Of a stretch of 64,000 nucleotides of DNA, positions 1-9,344 are shown piece by piece. Under the pieces are notes generated by a model that was given only the letters and a program-made list of their open reading frames with translations, was not told where the DNA came from and did no database searches. Positions within the stretch are counted from its first letter, which is position 1. Each line of letters begins with the position of its first letter. The DNA is from a candidate division WOR-1 bacterium RIFOXYB2_FULL_36_35. Lineage in GTDB: Bacteria; Margulisbacteria; WOR-1; XYC2-FULL-46-14; XYC2-FULL-37-10. The DNA is taken from assembly GCA_001771505.1 (NCBI GenBank), contig MEUA01000027.1, positions 81 through 64,080 of the forward strand. Reading direction: 5' to 3'. The translations under genes were made by a program, and so were the position numbers.

Positions 1-92
1 AAAAACCTCCTCGCAAATAATTGAAAAATCCACTGATTTCATTATGGTCTATCTTCAGCATGTTTTTTAAAAAATTTCACTCAAAAAAATAG

Positions 93-192
93 TTCCCCCG
101 ATGATTCATAGACGAACAGAATTCTAGCAGAGTGTTGAAAATTTTCCCAGGTATGAACCCCGATTTCCTAATCGGGGTGAATAATCGGGGTT
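93..192. repeat. Family-A MITE/REP-like element, full-length copy
   Basis: About 100 bp. Nearly identical to 57583-57682 and similar to 62995-63093 and (reverse) 54904-55040. Left end ttcccccgatgattca, right end tgaataatcggggtt, internal hairpin gaaccccgatttcctaatcggggt. Confidence 0.85.
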
Positions 193-272
193 CATTATGT
201 CTGAGAATAGTTGAGGTTTTACGATTAACTCCGTCTTAGGGCGTGGTGGGAAAAATCATGATATAATTTATT

Positions 273-347
273 TACCCCGATTAATCACAACGGAGCCAAT
301 GGTAGATAGACTGTTGAAATTTTTCTCAAATATGAATAATCGGGCTT
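273..347. repeat. Family-A element, degenerate copy
   Basis: Ends accccgattaatca ... tgaataatcgggctt. The internal ctgttgaaatttttc matches the family-A core gtgttgaaaattttc. Confidence 0.6.
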
Positions 348-354
348 TATAGAT

Positions 355-2127
355 ATGTCATCAAAAAATATCCATTCAAAAAAATACGACATTATAGTAA
401 TTGGGGCCGGTCATGCCGGGATTGAAGCAGCTTTAGCCTCTGCCCGTTTAGGATGCCAAACGCTTATTCTGACAATAAACCTAGATACCATAGGCCTTAT
501 GTCCTGCAACCCGGCAATTGGTGGACCGGCAAAAAGCCAACTGGTAAAAGAAATTGATGCCCTGGGAGGGCAAATCGGGATTTCCGCCGATTTGACATTT
601 CTACAAATGAAAACATTAAATACCACTAAAGGAGATGCTGTACACAGCCTGCGAGCTCAATCCGACCGCGACCTCTATCATCTTGTGATGAAAAACATCC
701 TGGAAGAAGAAAAAAACCTTGACCTTAAACAGGATATTGTAGATGAAATACTTGCAAGAAATGGAAAGATAGAAGGAGTTAAAACCGCTCTAGGTATTAT
801 CTATGAAAGTAAAACAGTAATTATAACTACCGGAACTTTTTTAAACGGTGTCATCCATACAGGAATGAACCACCAGGAAGCGGGAAGATCGGGAGAACTT
901 CCCGCAAAAAAACTTTCTGAAAGCTTAAAAAAAATCGGATTAAAACTTGGAAGATTAAAAACAGGAACTCCTCCAAGACTTAATAAAAGATCTATAGATT
1001 TTTCTAAAATGAAAGTACAACCGGGAGATGAGCCTCCTAAAATGTTTTCCTTTGTTTGGGAATATAAACAATATGGCCTAGAAGTCCCGAAAAATCCACA
1101 ACAACAGCTTCCCCAAATCCCATGCTATTTAACATGGACAACATCAAAAACACACGAAATAATTCGGAACAATTTAAACAGGTCGCCTTTATATCAAGGG
1201 AAAATTAAAGGGATCGGCCCTAGATACTGTCCTTCAATTGAAGATAAGGTTGTCCGTTTTGCTGAAAAAGAGAAACATCAATGTTTTATAGAGCCAACTG
1301 GAAGAAATACAATGGAAATTTATCCTCAAGGGTTAAATACAAGCCTCCCTGCAGACGTACAACTAGAAATGTTGCAATCAATGCCCGGATTAGAAAACGT
1401 AGAAATACTAAGGCCCGGGTATGCTGTGGAATATGATTATATTCCCACATCACAGTTAAAATATTCCCTGGAAACAAAAAAAATAGACGGGCTTTTTTGC
1501 GCAGGACAAATAAACGGAACATCCGGATATGAAGAGGCTGCAGCTCTTGGCATAATTGCAGGAATTAATGCCGCAAAGAAAATTAAAAACAAGCCCCCCC
1601 TTATTATTCGAAGAGATGAAGGATATATCGGAACATTAATTGATGATCTGATAACAAAAGAGATAGATGAGCCTTATAGAATGCTAACGGCACGGTCAGA
1701 ATATCGTTTACTTCTAAGGCAAGATAATGCGGATTTACGATTAACAGAAAAAGGGTACAATATCGGCTTAATATCAAAAGACCGTTACAATGCTTTTCTA
1801 GTAAAGAAGGATGCTATTGAAAAAGAAAATCTTATATCAGAAGAAGTTAAAAATCAGATTGAAATATCAAAAAAATATCAGGGTTATATAAAAAGACAAA
1901 TTGAGCATGCAGAAAAACTGAAAAGACTGGAAGGAAAGAAAATCCCTGACTTAATTGACTATCATTCAATAACAACCTTATCTAAAGAAGCAAGATTAAA
2001 ATTATCAGAAAAAAAGCCATTGACATTGGGCCAAGCTTCAAGAATAGGAGGAGTATCCCCCGCTGATATTTCTGTATTAATGGTGTACTTAGAAATTATT
2101 CGAAGAAAAAATACTCCCTCTTCCTAA
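355..2127 (+). CDS. mnmG: tRNA uridine 5-carboxymethylaminomethyl modification enzyme MnmG (GidA)
   Basis: 590 aa. N-terminal FAD fold [15 protein letters not shown]. GidA landmarks NPAIGGPAK and [11 protein letters not shown]. Conserved C-terminal helical domain. Confidence 0.95.
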   Translation: MSSKNIHSKKYDIIVIGAGHAGIEAALASARLGCQTLILTINLDTIGLMSCNPAIGGPAKSQLVKEIDALGGQIGISADLTFLQMKTLNTTKGDAVHSLRAQSDRDLYHLVMKNILEEEKNLDLKQDIVDEILARNGKIEGVKTALGIIYESKTVIITTGTFLNGVIHTGMNHQEAGRSGELPAKKLSESLKKIGLKLGRLKTGTPPRLNKRSIDFSKMKVQPGDEPPKMFSFVWEYKQYGLEVPKNPQQQLPQIPCYLTWTTSKTHEIIRNNLNRSPLYQGKIKGIGPRYCPSIEDKVVRFAEKEKHQCFIEPTGRNTMEIYPQGLNTSLPADVQLEMLQSMPGLENVEILRPGYAVEYDYIPTSQLKYSLETKKIDGLFCAGQINGTSGYEEAAALGIIAGINAAKKIKNKPPLIIRRDEGYIGTLIDDLITKEIDEPYRMLTARSEYRLLLRQDNADLRLTEKGYNIGLISKDRYNAFLVKKDAIEKENLISEEVKNQIEISKKYQGYIKRQIEHAEKLKRLEGKKIPDLIDYHSITTLSKEARLKLSEKKPLTLGQASRIGGVSPADISVLMVYLEIIRRKNTPSS

Positions 2128-2152
2128 CAGCGCCAAAATATACTACAAACAA

Positions 2153-2187
2153 AAAGGCACAAGCAAAAAATGCCTGTGCCTTTTCAG
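2153..2187. terminator. Candidate bidirectional rho-independent terminator between convergent genes
   Basis: Stem aaaggcac (2153-2160) pairs with gtgccttt (2176-2183). T-run on the + strand and A-run on the other side. The loop is rather long (15 nt). Confidence 0.45.
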
Positions 2188-2225
2188 ATAAACAACTATA
2201 ACCTTATCCACACATCAAAAAACTA

Positions 2226-2930
2226 TCACATGCCTTCACTTTCAGAAGAAGAAAGACCAAATTCAAGTGAATCTATATTAAAATCAACAGCTCCGTCTTC
2301 TTGATTCGCAACTACAATTAATTGCATTTTATTCAATCCGCTAGATCCACCAGTCAGGTTGGGATCAAAAATTCCATTCCCTCTGCCTGTATTGGCAAAT
2401 TCAGTAAAAGGCATAGACACATGCTTCCAGCCTTTCCAATCAATTGTCAATTCATAGCTCCATAAATCATCTTCTGTAGGCTTCCATGCTTTGTCAACTT
2501 CGATCTCATCATTTCCGTTATCATCATCGTATAGTTCAATCTTTAAAAGACCAGAACCCTCTCCGTTACCATAAACATTCATTTCAAGAGAATTATATTT
2601 GGTGGCATCTATCCCCAAAACGGTTCCCATTCCGCCAACATACCAATTCTTTGCTGTCCCAACAATATTTAAAGAATATTCTCCAACTTCGATATTATTC
2701 TGGGGCAACATTGAGTTAGAAACCACCGTAGGAATGATATTATCAAACACAAACCATTCCGGTCCTTCATTGTAATTCCCATCTGCAAACCCATCGATTA
2801 AATAAGGGTAAGAAGCTTTAGAGGAACTATTTGAAGATTTATTCTCTCCAAAACCATACGATACAGCAGACAAAACAAAAATCAATACAAAAAGAATAAT
2901 AAGCTTTCTCACTGTTTTCACCTCCTCCAT
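2226..2930 (-). CDS. Secreted or membrane-anchored beta-sandwich protein, CIA30/CBM11-like (tentative)
   Basis: The ORF-track start overlaps the upstream gene. The internal ATG at 2930 gives MEEVKTVRK followed by a hydrophobic signal/anchor LIILFVLIFVLSAVSYG. The mature part has a CBM-like pattern (GPEWFVFDN, LKIELYDDDNGND, WKGWKHVSMPFTEF). Confidence 0.5.
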   Translation of the reverse strand: MEEVKTVRKLIILFVLIFVLSAVSYGFGENKSSNSSSKASYPYLIDGFADGNYNEGPEWFVFDNIIPTVVSNSMLPQNNIEVGEYSLNIVGTAKNWYVGGMGTVLGIDATKYNSLEMNVYGNGEGSGLLKIELYDDDNGNDEIEVDKAWKPTEDDLWSYELTIDWKGWKHVSMPFTEFANTGRGNGIFDPNLTGGSSGLNKMQLIVVANQEDGAVDFNIDSLEFGLSSSESEGM

Positions 2931-2973
2931 CTGTTTATCTAAATAGTAATAAATAAATTTCACGTAAAAACAA

Positions 2974-4785
2974 CTACCCCTTAACCGCCCCTGCGGTAAG
3001 ACCTTTAACAATATGTTTTTGCAACAAAAAGAAAAGAATCATAACAGGAACAGTCGCAACGGTTGCAGCAGCCATTATCAGATCAAATCTGTTTTGATAA
3101 TTCCCCACAAAGTTTCTAATTCCCACAGGGATTGTCATTGTATCTGCTGATGTCAAAACCCAAGCAAAAATAAGCTCATCCCAAGCTGTAAGAAAGATAT
3201 AAATACCTGTCGCTATAATTCCAGGGATTGCAAGGGGTAAAACCACATGCCAAAAAACCTGAAGGGGAGAACAACCATCTATTCGGGCAGCCTCTTCAAG
3301 CTCTATCGGAATCGCAGCAAAAAATCCTCTCAAAATCCAAACAGAAAAAGGTATAAAAAATATAGAATACATAAAAATTATCCCATAAAATGTCCCTTTT
3401 ATAGGAATTCCAGTCATATCTGAAATTTTAACAAAATTAGAATAAATAGGTATCAAAAACATAATGCCCGGAACCATTTGTGTTGCTAGAATTGCGACAG
3501 AAATCCATCGGGCTCCGGGAAAATCAAACCTGGACAAAGCATACGCGGCCATTGTAGCAAAAATCATGGCAAAAAACATTGATATCCCACAAATTATAAA
3601 AGAATTTCTAAGATACAAACCGAAATCAACATTCTTCCACATATCAACATAGTTAACCCAGGAAACAACCAAATGCCCGGGGTTTGCTGCAGCTGTTGCC
3701 GTTATTTTTTTAGCCCCATAAGAATATTCAGACAAACGTCCATAAGTAGACCCCAAGTAAAGCTTATCCCCGCTTCTATCAAAAACAATAACTTCTGAAG
3801 GGGTAAAAGATGAATCAGTTATTACCGTTCCACCTTGTTTTATTTGGCGAAATAAAGACTCTTTAGCAAAAATCTTTTTAAAATCGACGCCGGCTTTATA
3901 TTCCACTAAACCTCTGTTTGTCCCGATATAAATACTCTCCCCAATAACATTTAAACCATAAACAGCATTTGGATAAACATTTTTTACGATCTCTCCCTTC
4001 TTTATATTAAAAAGGAAAGCACCGCTATTCCCCGCAATAATTATTTCATCGCCAAGTCTTGAAAATTGCGCCATCCTTTCCACTCCTAGAGGAAGATGCT
4101 TTATCACAGAAAAAGATCTTACGATTTGACCACTTTTTCTATTTACTTCGATAAGCCCTGTATCAAGACCAACAAACAAACTATTGCCAACTGCTAAAAC
4201 AGATTGAATCTGAGAGGGTGAAAACATGTTTTTAACTGTATAAACTTTAGAAATTTTTTCTGTTTTTTTATTAAACTCGACAACCTGCTCATACCCTTTA
4301 TACTTCATTGTAAAATAAATATTGTTGCCATTTGAATGAAGAGTCGTAGGCCCAACCTTAGCCTTATCAAAGCTGGGGAGGCGGAGATCAAACTCCTTTT
4401 TTGTTTTTAAATTATTTTTATCATATCTTAATAATCCGTGATTTGCTGAAGAGACCCAAATATAATCTTTATCAACCAAAAAGTCTGTTGACATAGTTTG
4501 AGCGCTTACATGCCCTTTAGAATTTAATGTTTTTCTGTCAAGATTATTAATGCCCCCATCTGAGGTTAAAACCCAAAGGGTTTTTCCCTCAACTTTTATA
4601 TCAACAACATTGTTATGAGCATGGGATAATGGAATTTTACCAACAAGGATATCTGTGTTTTCTTTCAATGATGTATAAATCATCCAACAAATAGGAAAAA
4701 GAGTAAAAACAAGGATCACCAACATCACAAAATGGATCAGGTAATCTTTTATTCTTTTTTTTGCATAATATGATATATTAATCAC
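2974..4785 (-). CDS. MalG-type (CUT1) sugar ABC transporter permease with a large periplasmic seven-repeat propeller-like insert
   Basis: 603 aa. One N-terminal TM helix, then about 340 aa with seven repeats (LWVLTSDGGINNLD, YIWVSSANHGLLRYD, SLFVGLDTGLIEVN, EIIIAGNSGAFLFN, SIYIGTNRGLVEY, KLYLGSTYGRLSEY). A permease core follows, with EAA loop EEAARIDGCSPLQVFWHVVLPLAIPG. Confidence 0.8.
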   Translation of the reverse strand: MINISYYAKKRIKDYLIHFVMLVILVFTLFPICWMIYTSLKENTDILVGKIPLSHAHNNVVDIKVEGKTLWVLTSDGGINNLDRKTLNSKGHVSAQTMSTDFLVDKDYIWVSSANHGLLRYDKNNLKTKKEFDLRLPSFDKAKVGPTTLHSNGNNIYFTMKYKGYEQVVEFNKKTEKISKVYTVKNMFSPSQIQSVLAVGNSLFVGLDTGLIEVNRKSGQIVRSFSVIKHLPLGVERMAQFSRLGDEIIIAGNSGAFLFNIKKGEIVKNVYPNAVYGLNVIGESIYIGTNRGLVEYKAGVDFKKIFAKESLFRQIKQGGTVITDSSFTPSEVIVFDRSGDKLYLGSTYGRLSEYSYGAKKITATAAANPGHLVVSWVNYVDMWKNVDFGLYLRNSFIICGISMFFAMIFATMAAYALSRFDFPGARWISVAILATQMVPGIMFLIPIYSNFVKISDMTGIPIKGTFYGIIFMYSIFFIPFSVWILRGFFAAIPIELEEAARIDGCSPLQVFWHVVLPLAIPGIIATGIYIFLTAWDELIFAWVLTSADTMTIPVGIRNFVGNYQNRFDLIMAAATVATVPVMILFFLLQKHIVKGLTAGAVKG

Positions 4786-4847
4786 TGTTGTCCTCTTTTT
4801 CTTTTTGTTGTAACTACATATTTTTTATAATCAAATAAGTTTTATAT

Positions 4848-5798
4848 TCATCGACTTTCTTCTTCAATTTTTCTATAAAAATAGAACCAAACATTCACAA
4901 TAAGAATCATAGTTATCATAAGCAAAACTGAGGTCGCGGCCCCTGAACCAAAATTCCATTGCATAAACGAATTTCTAAAAATGTTCGTCATCAATAAATC
5001 CCCCCACTCACCGGGAAATCCGGCGCCAAAACCAAACATCATTATTACTATATTAAAGCTGTATACATTAAATATCAATCCAAATAGTATTAAAATGGAC
5101 CATACCGGCCTTAACAGAGGAAAAGTAATCATCCAAAACTTTCTCCATCCGGAAGCTCCGTCTATATCAGCTGCCTCATAAAGCTCTTCCGGAATACTTT
5201 GCATCCCAGCCAAAAGGAGAAGCATGGAAAACGGCCAGTATCTCCAAATTGTAGGAACAATAATCGCCCAAATTGTATTTGGCCCTATTAACCAAAAAGG
5301 CTTGTCCGGCAACAAATGCAAGATATCGACAAGTATTATATTAATTATTCCGACACTTCGCTGCCACATAAACCCCCACAATAAACCTGTAACATAGGTA
5401 GGGACAACCCACGGAAACAAAAAGAGAGTTCTAATCATCCCTTTCCCCCTGAATTCTCTGTTAACCATTAACGCAACCAGCATTCCAAGAAAAACTGTCC
5501 CGAAAGTGACAACAAGGGTGTAAATAAAAGTATTTCTAGCGGCGTCAAACAAGCCTATTCGTATAGGGCTTTTAAAATTTAACAAAACATCATAATAATT
5601 TTTAAGTCCTATAAAAGGGGCCCCTACATATTGATCAAGAGTGAATTGATTAAGTTTAAGAAACGACATCCAAATTCCCTGCAGAATAGGAGTCAAATGC
5701 AAAGCTACCATTCCTATAACAGTAGGAAGCACAAAAAAATAAGCAAAGCGGTACTTTTTAAATTTATACCATTTTTTTTGGAGCCAATTACGTATCAA
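4848..5798 (-). CDS. MalF/UgpA-type sugar ABC transporter permease
   Basis: 316 aa, multi-TM, EAA loop EAADIDGASGWRKFWMITFPLLRP. Confidence 0.85.
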   Translation of the reverse strand: MIRNWLQKKWYKFKKYRFAYFFVLPTVIGMVALHLTPILQGIWMSFLKLNQFTLDQYVGAPFIGLKNYYDVLLNFKSPIRIGLFDAARNTFIYTLVVTFGTVFLGMLVALMVNREFRGKGMIRTLFLFPWVVPTYVTGLLWGFMWQRSVGIINIILVDILHLLPDKPFWLIGPNTIWAIIVPTIWRYWPFSMLLLLAGMQSIPEELYEAADIDGASGWRKFWMITFPLLRPVWSILILFGLIFNVYSFNIVIMMFGFGAGFPGEWGDLLMTNIFRNSFMQWNFGSGAATSVLLMITMILIVNVWFYFYRKIEEESR

Positions 5799-5911
5799 TT
5801 TTGTCCCAATCCCTTCAAATTATAAATTGATAACCTTTAATTCTATGTTAAATTCTACACTAATTAGAAAACTCTAGCAAGAAGCAATACAATATCACAT
5901 CAAATTTGATC

Positions 5912-5940
5912 TTGACAATTAACAAGTTTTATTGATAATA
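5912..5940 (+). promoter_or_regulatory. Sigma-70-type promoter upstream of tuf
   Basis: TTGACA (5912-5917), 17-nt spacer, ATAATA (5935-5940). Shine-Dalgarno AAGGAGG at 6003-6009 before the ATG at 6017. Confidence 0.6.
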
Positions 5941-6016
5941 TAACATTTGTCCGAACTACTTATTATGCTAGGAAAAGTATAAGGTTGAATGTCTAAAATT
6001 CTAAGGAGGAAAAATA

Positions 6017-7207
6017 ATGGCAAGAGAAAAGTTTGAAAGAAAAAAACCGCACTTGAATGTAGGAACAATAGGACATGTTGATCACGGAAAAACAACCCTA
6101 ACATCAGCTATTACAAATGTTTTAGCGCAAAAGGGATTTGCAAAAGCAAAGAGATTTGATGAAATTGATGCCGCGCCTGAAGAGAAAGCTCGAGGTATTA
6201 CAATTGCTATTGCTCACGTAGAATATGAAACAGACAAGAGGCATTATGCTCATATCGATTGTCCTGGTCACGCAGATTATGTAAAAAACATGGTCATAGG
6301 CGCAGCGCAAATGGATGGAGCTATACTGGTTGTTTCCGCCGCAGATGGAGCTATGCCTCAAACTCGTGAACACATTCTCCTTGCCCGGCAGGTAAACGTA
6401 CCAAACGTAGTAGTGTTTTTAAACAAATGTGACATGGTTGACGATCCTGAATTAATAGATCTTGTAGAAGTAGAAATCAGAGAATTACTTTCAAAGTACG
6501 AATTTCCCGGAGATAAAATTCCAATCATCAGGGGATCAGCTTTAAAAGCCATGGAAAATCCAACAGATCCGGAGGCAGCTAAGTGCATCTTGGAACTAGC
6601 AAATGCCTTAGATACTTATCTTCCAGATCCTGAAAGACCTATAGATAAGCCATTTTTGATGCCTGTGGAAGATGTCTTCTCAATTACCGGACGAGGGACA
6701 GTAGGAACAGGCCGTATTGAAAGAGGGATAGTAAAAGTGGGAGAAGAAGTAGAAATAATCGGCTTAGGATCACATAAAAAAGTAACTGTTACCGGAGTAG
6801 AAATGTTTCGTAAGACACTGGATGAAGGGATGGCAGGAGATAACGTAGGCTTACTCTTAAGAGGAATAGAAAAAGAAGAACTTATGAGAGGGATGGTCGC
6901 CGCAAAGCCTGGAACTGTTAAACCACATACAAAATTCAAAGCTCAAGTATACGTATTAAAAAAAGAAGAAGGAGGAAGACATACCCCTTTCTTCCCAGGT
7001 TACAAGCCACAATTCTTTATTCGTACAACTGATGTTACCGGAGAAATCGGACTACCAGATAAAGTTGAAATGGTCATGCCTGGAGATAATATAGAAATGT
7101 CTGTCTCTTTAATAACAGAGGTTGCCATAGAAGAAGGTATGAGATTTGCTATTCGCGAAGGCGGACATACCGTCGGAGCTGGAGCTGTAACTAAAATTAT
7201 TGAATAG
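6017..7207 (+). CDS. tuf: Elongation factor Tu
   Basis: 396 aa. G motifs [21 protein letters not shown]. Canonical EF-Tu sequence throughout. Confidence 0.98.
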   Translation: MAREKFERKKPHLNVGTIGHVDHGKTTLTSAITNVLAQKGFAKAKRFDEIDAAPEEKARGITIAIAHVEYETDKRHYAHIDCPGHADYVKNMVIGAAQMDGAILVVSAADGAMPQTREHILLARQVNVPNVVVFLNKCDMVDDPELIDLVEVEIRELLSKYEFPGDKIPIIRGSALKAMENPTDPEAAKCILELANALDTYLPDPERPIDKPFLMPVEDVFSITGRGTVGTGRIERGIVKVGEEVEIIGLGSHKKVTVTGVEMFRKTLDEGMAGDNVGLLLRGIEKEELMRGMVAAKPGTVKPHTKFKAQVYVLKKEEGGRHTPFFPGYKPQFFIRTTDVTGEIGLPDKVEMVMPGDNIEMSVSLITEVAIEEGMRFAIREGGHTVGAGAVTKIIE

Positions 7208-8546
7208 CCAAGCTGGAATAAAATTTTTATTTATACTCGCTATACTTTCAGTCTTTGTTTTGGCTGGAATAATGGCTTTTGATTTTATCATCAGCAATCA
7301 AAAGCTTCCTCCCAATAGTTTTATAGGCGAAGTCAATATTTCCAAGCTTACCAGAAAAGAAGTAGTAGATAAGTTAAATAGAAGTTTTATCTCAGAGGTA
7401 TTCCCTCATTCTATAGTTCTTTCGGTCAGTTCCGATGAGAGTTTTTCTTTTTTGCCCAGAGAATTAGGGCTTTACTATCTTTCAGAAAAAACAGCAAACA
7501 ACATTTTTTCGCTCCCTCAAAATACAAATTATTTTCTTAGTTTGCAAAAACGGTTATCCCAGCACTATCATGTTTTTACTCCTTCCCTTTCATTTACACC
7601 TTCAAAGACCGAAGCAATCCTTTCCGAATTGGCTCAACAAATAAATGCCCCGGCAATAGATGCAAAAATAGAATTTGATGAAAAGACAGGGGGATACCAC
7701 ATTTATCCAGACAACCCGAGTAGAAAACTAAATGTTGAGAAAACATTAGAAAAATTAAGAAGGGCGTTGTTAAACGGAGGATATATAGTCTCCGCGGAGG
7801 TAGAATACTCGTTTGATCAAAAAATAACAGAAGAATCCTTACGTTCAATGCCACCCGTACATAAAATAGCCTCATTTACAACATACTTTGGCTCTCATGA
7901 TTCTCCAAATAGAATTCACAATATAAAACTTATTGCATCATGGCTTGATGGGAAATTAATAATGCCGGATGGTATCTTTTCGCTAACAGAACAAATAGGA
8001 GATTTTTCTCCTCAAAGAGGGTTCAGGCAAGCCTTTGTCATCTCAAATAATGAGCTTGTTCCTGAATATGGGGGAGGAACATGTCAAATTGCCACAACCC
8101 TTTATAATGTAGTCTCCCTGGCTGATTTAAAAGTTATTGCCAGGCGTAACCACTCTTTTTATTTTAACATATACCCCTTAGGGAGAGATGCTACAGTCTA
8201 TCCAGGATCCGCCGACTTTAAGTTCCAAAATGACACAGGGCGTCCGATTCTAATAAAAACTACCGCAACTAATCATAAATTATCTTTTAGCATATACGGG
8301 ACACCGACGTCAAAAGAGGTAACTTTTTCAAGCCCCGCTATATATATGGCAAGCCATGGAGGGAAATATATTCCGACATCGTATAAAACTATAATTCATT
8401 CGGGCGCGCCATTTCGTACCGTCGTAAAACGAACCGTAACAAACAAGGATTCAAAAGAGGTTCTTAAAGAAGAATTCATACGCAGCTATTATAGATTGTA
8501 TGGAGACGGTGTAAATGTCCCAATCAAAAGAAGAGAACCAATCTAA
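7200..8546 (+). CDS. VanW domain-containing membrane-anchored protein
   Basis: N-terminal TM helix. VanW core [15 protein letters not shown] ... [20 protein letters not shown] ... [17 protein letters not shown] start overlaps the tuf stop; the start position is uncertain. Confidence 0.8.
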   Translation: MNSQAGIKFLFILAILSVFVLAGIMAFDFIISNQKLPPNSFIGEVNISKLTRKEVVDKLNRSFISEVFPHSIVLSVSSDESFSFLPRELGLYYLSEKTANNIFSLPQNTNYFLSLQKRLSQHYHVFTPSLSFTPSKTEAILSELAQQINAPAIDAKIEFDEKTGGYHIYPDNPSRKLNVEKTLEKLRRALLNGGYIVSAEVEYSFDQKITEESLRSMPPVHKIASFTTYFGSHDSPNRIHNIKLIASWLDGKLIMPDGIFSLTEQIGDFSPQRGFRQAFVISNNELVPEYGGGTCQIATTLYNVVSLADLKVIARRNHSFYFNIYPLGRDATVYPGSADFKFQNDTGRPILIKTTATNHKLSFSIYGTPTSKEVTFSSPAIYMASHGGKYIPTSYKTIIHSGAPFRTVVKRTVTNKDSKEVLKEEFIRSYYRLYGDGVNVPIKRREPI

Positions 8547-9327
8547 ATCCATTAAGAAAGAAGTTTCCTTATCAGGAATAGGCCTTCATTCCGGGGAAAA
8601 AGGTAAAATCAGTTTTTTACCCTCAGAAAAGGGTAAAATCAATTTTATACTTGGAGATAAAGAAATTGAAGCTTCTTCTAATAATGTCACAACAACAAAC
8701 AGAGGAACAAACCTTGGCGAGATTCAAACAATAGAACATGTCCTGGCAGCTGCCTATGGACTAGGGATAGATTCTTTAGAGATAAAACTTTCGACACCCG
8801 AACCCCCTGCAATGGATGGTAGCGCGCTTTTTTTTGTAAAAGCATTGTTAAGCGCCGGCATAAAAATACTTAAAAAGAAAAAAACAATTATAGTAATTAA
8901 AAAAACTATTGAAGTAAAAGAGAGAGAAAGTTCTATTAAGGTTATTCCCTACGACGGATTTTGTATAGATTTTGAAGTCGATTTTCCCGCCTTTGGAAAA
9001 CAACATTTCATTTACAATAAAAACACAGATTTTATAAAGGAGGTTGCTCCCGCAAGAACTTTTGGATATATAGAAGAAGTTGAAATGTTTAAAAAAAACG
9101 GAATTGCAAAAGGGGCATCAACCAAAAACGCTCTGGTTCTAAGTAAAAACAGTTATGTTAACAAGCCTAGATTCAAAGATGAAATGGTTCGCCATAAAAT
9201 CCTAGATTTAATAGGTGATTTAGCGTTATTACAAGCTTATCTAAAGGCAAAAATTATCGCGAAAAAATCAGGGCATAAACTAAATGTACAACTTACAAAT
9301 CTTATTAGACTAGAAAGTCAAACATAA
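8515..9327 (+). CDS. lpxC: UDP-3-O-acyl-N-acetylglucosamine deacetylase
   Basis: 270 aa. LpxC landmarks GIGLHSG, TIEHVLAA, EPPAMDGSA, RTFGY, VRHKILDLIGDLALL, SGHKLN. Confidence 0.9.
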   Translation: MSQSKEENQSKSIKKEVSLSGIGLHSGEKGKISFLPSEKGKINFILGDKEIEASSNNVTTTNRGTNLGEIQTIEHVLAAAYGLGIDSLEIKLSTPEPPAMDGSALFFVKALLSAGIKILKKKKTIIVIKKTIEVKERESSIKVIPYDGFCIDFEVDFPAFGKQHFIYNKNTDFIKEVAPARTFGYIEEVEMFKKNGIAKGASTKNALVLSKNSYVNKPRFKDEMVRHKILDLIGDLALLQAYLKAKIIAKKSGHKLNVQLTNLIRLESQT

Positions 9328-9344
9328 ATCCGCGAAAAATATTA

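Noticed and set aside
1-62. Possible minus-strand gene start at the left window edge. The reverse complement reads ATG CTG AAG ATA GAC CAT AAT GAA ...
   Set aside because: Only about 20 codons are visible, with no SD or motif. It cannot be supported from this window.
2204-2212. Perfect DnaA-box consensus TTATCCACA downstream of mnmG (gidA), a gene often found near oriC.
   Set aside because: There is a single box with no cluster, no AT-rich unwinding element pattern, and no dnaA/dnaN nearby. One 9-mer hit in 64 kb on two strands is compatible with chance.
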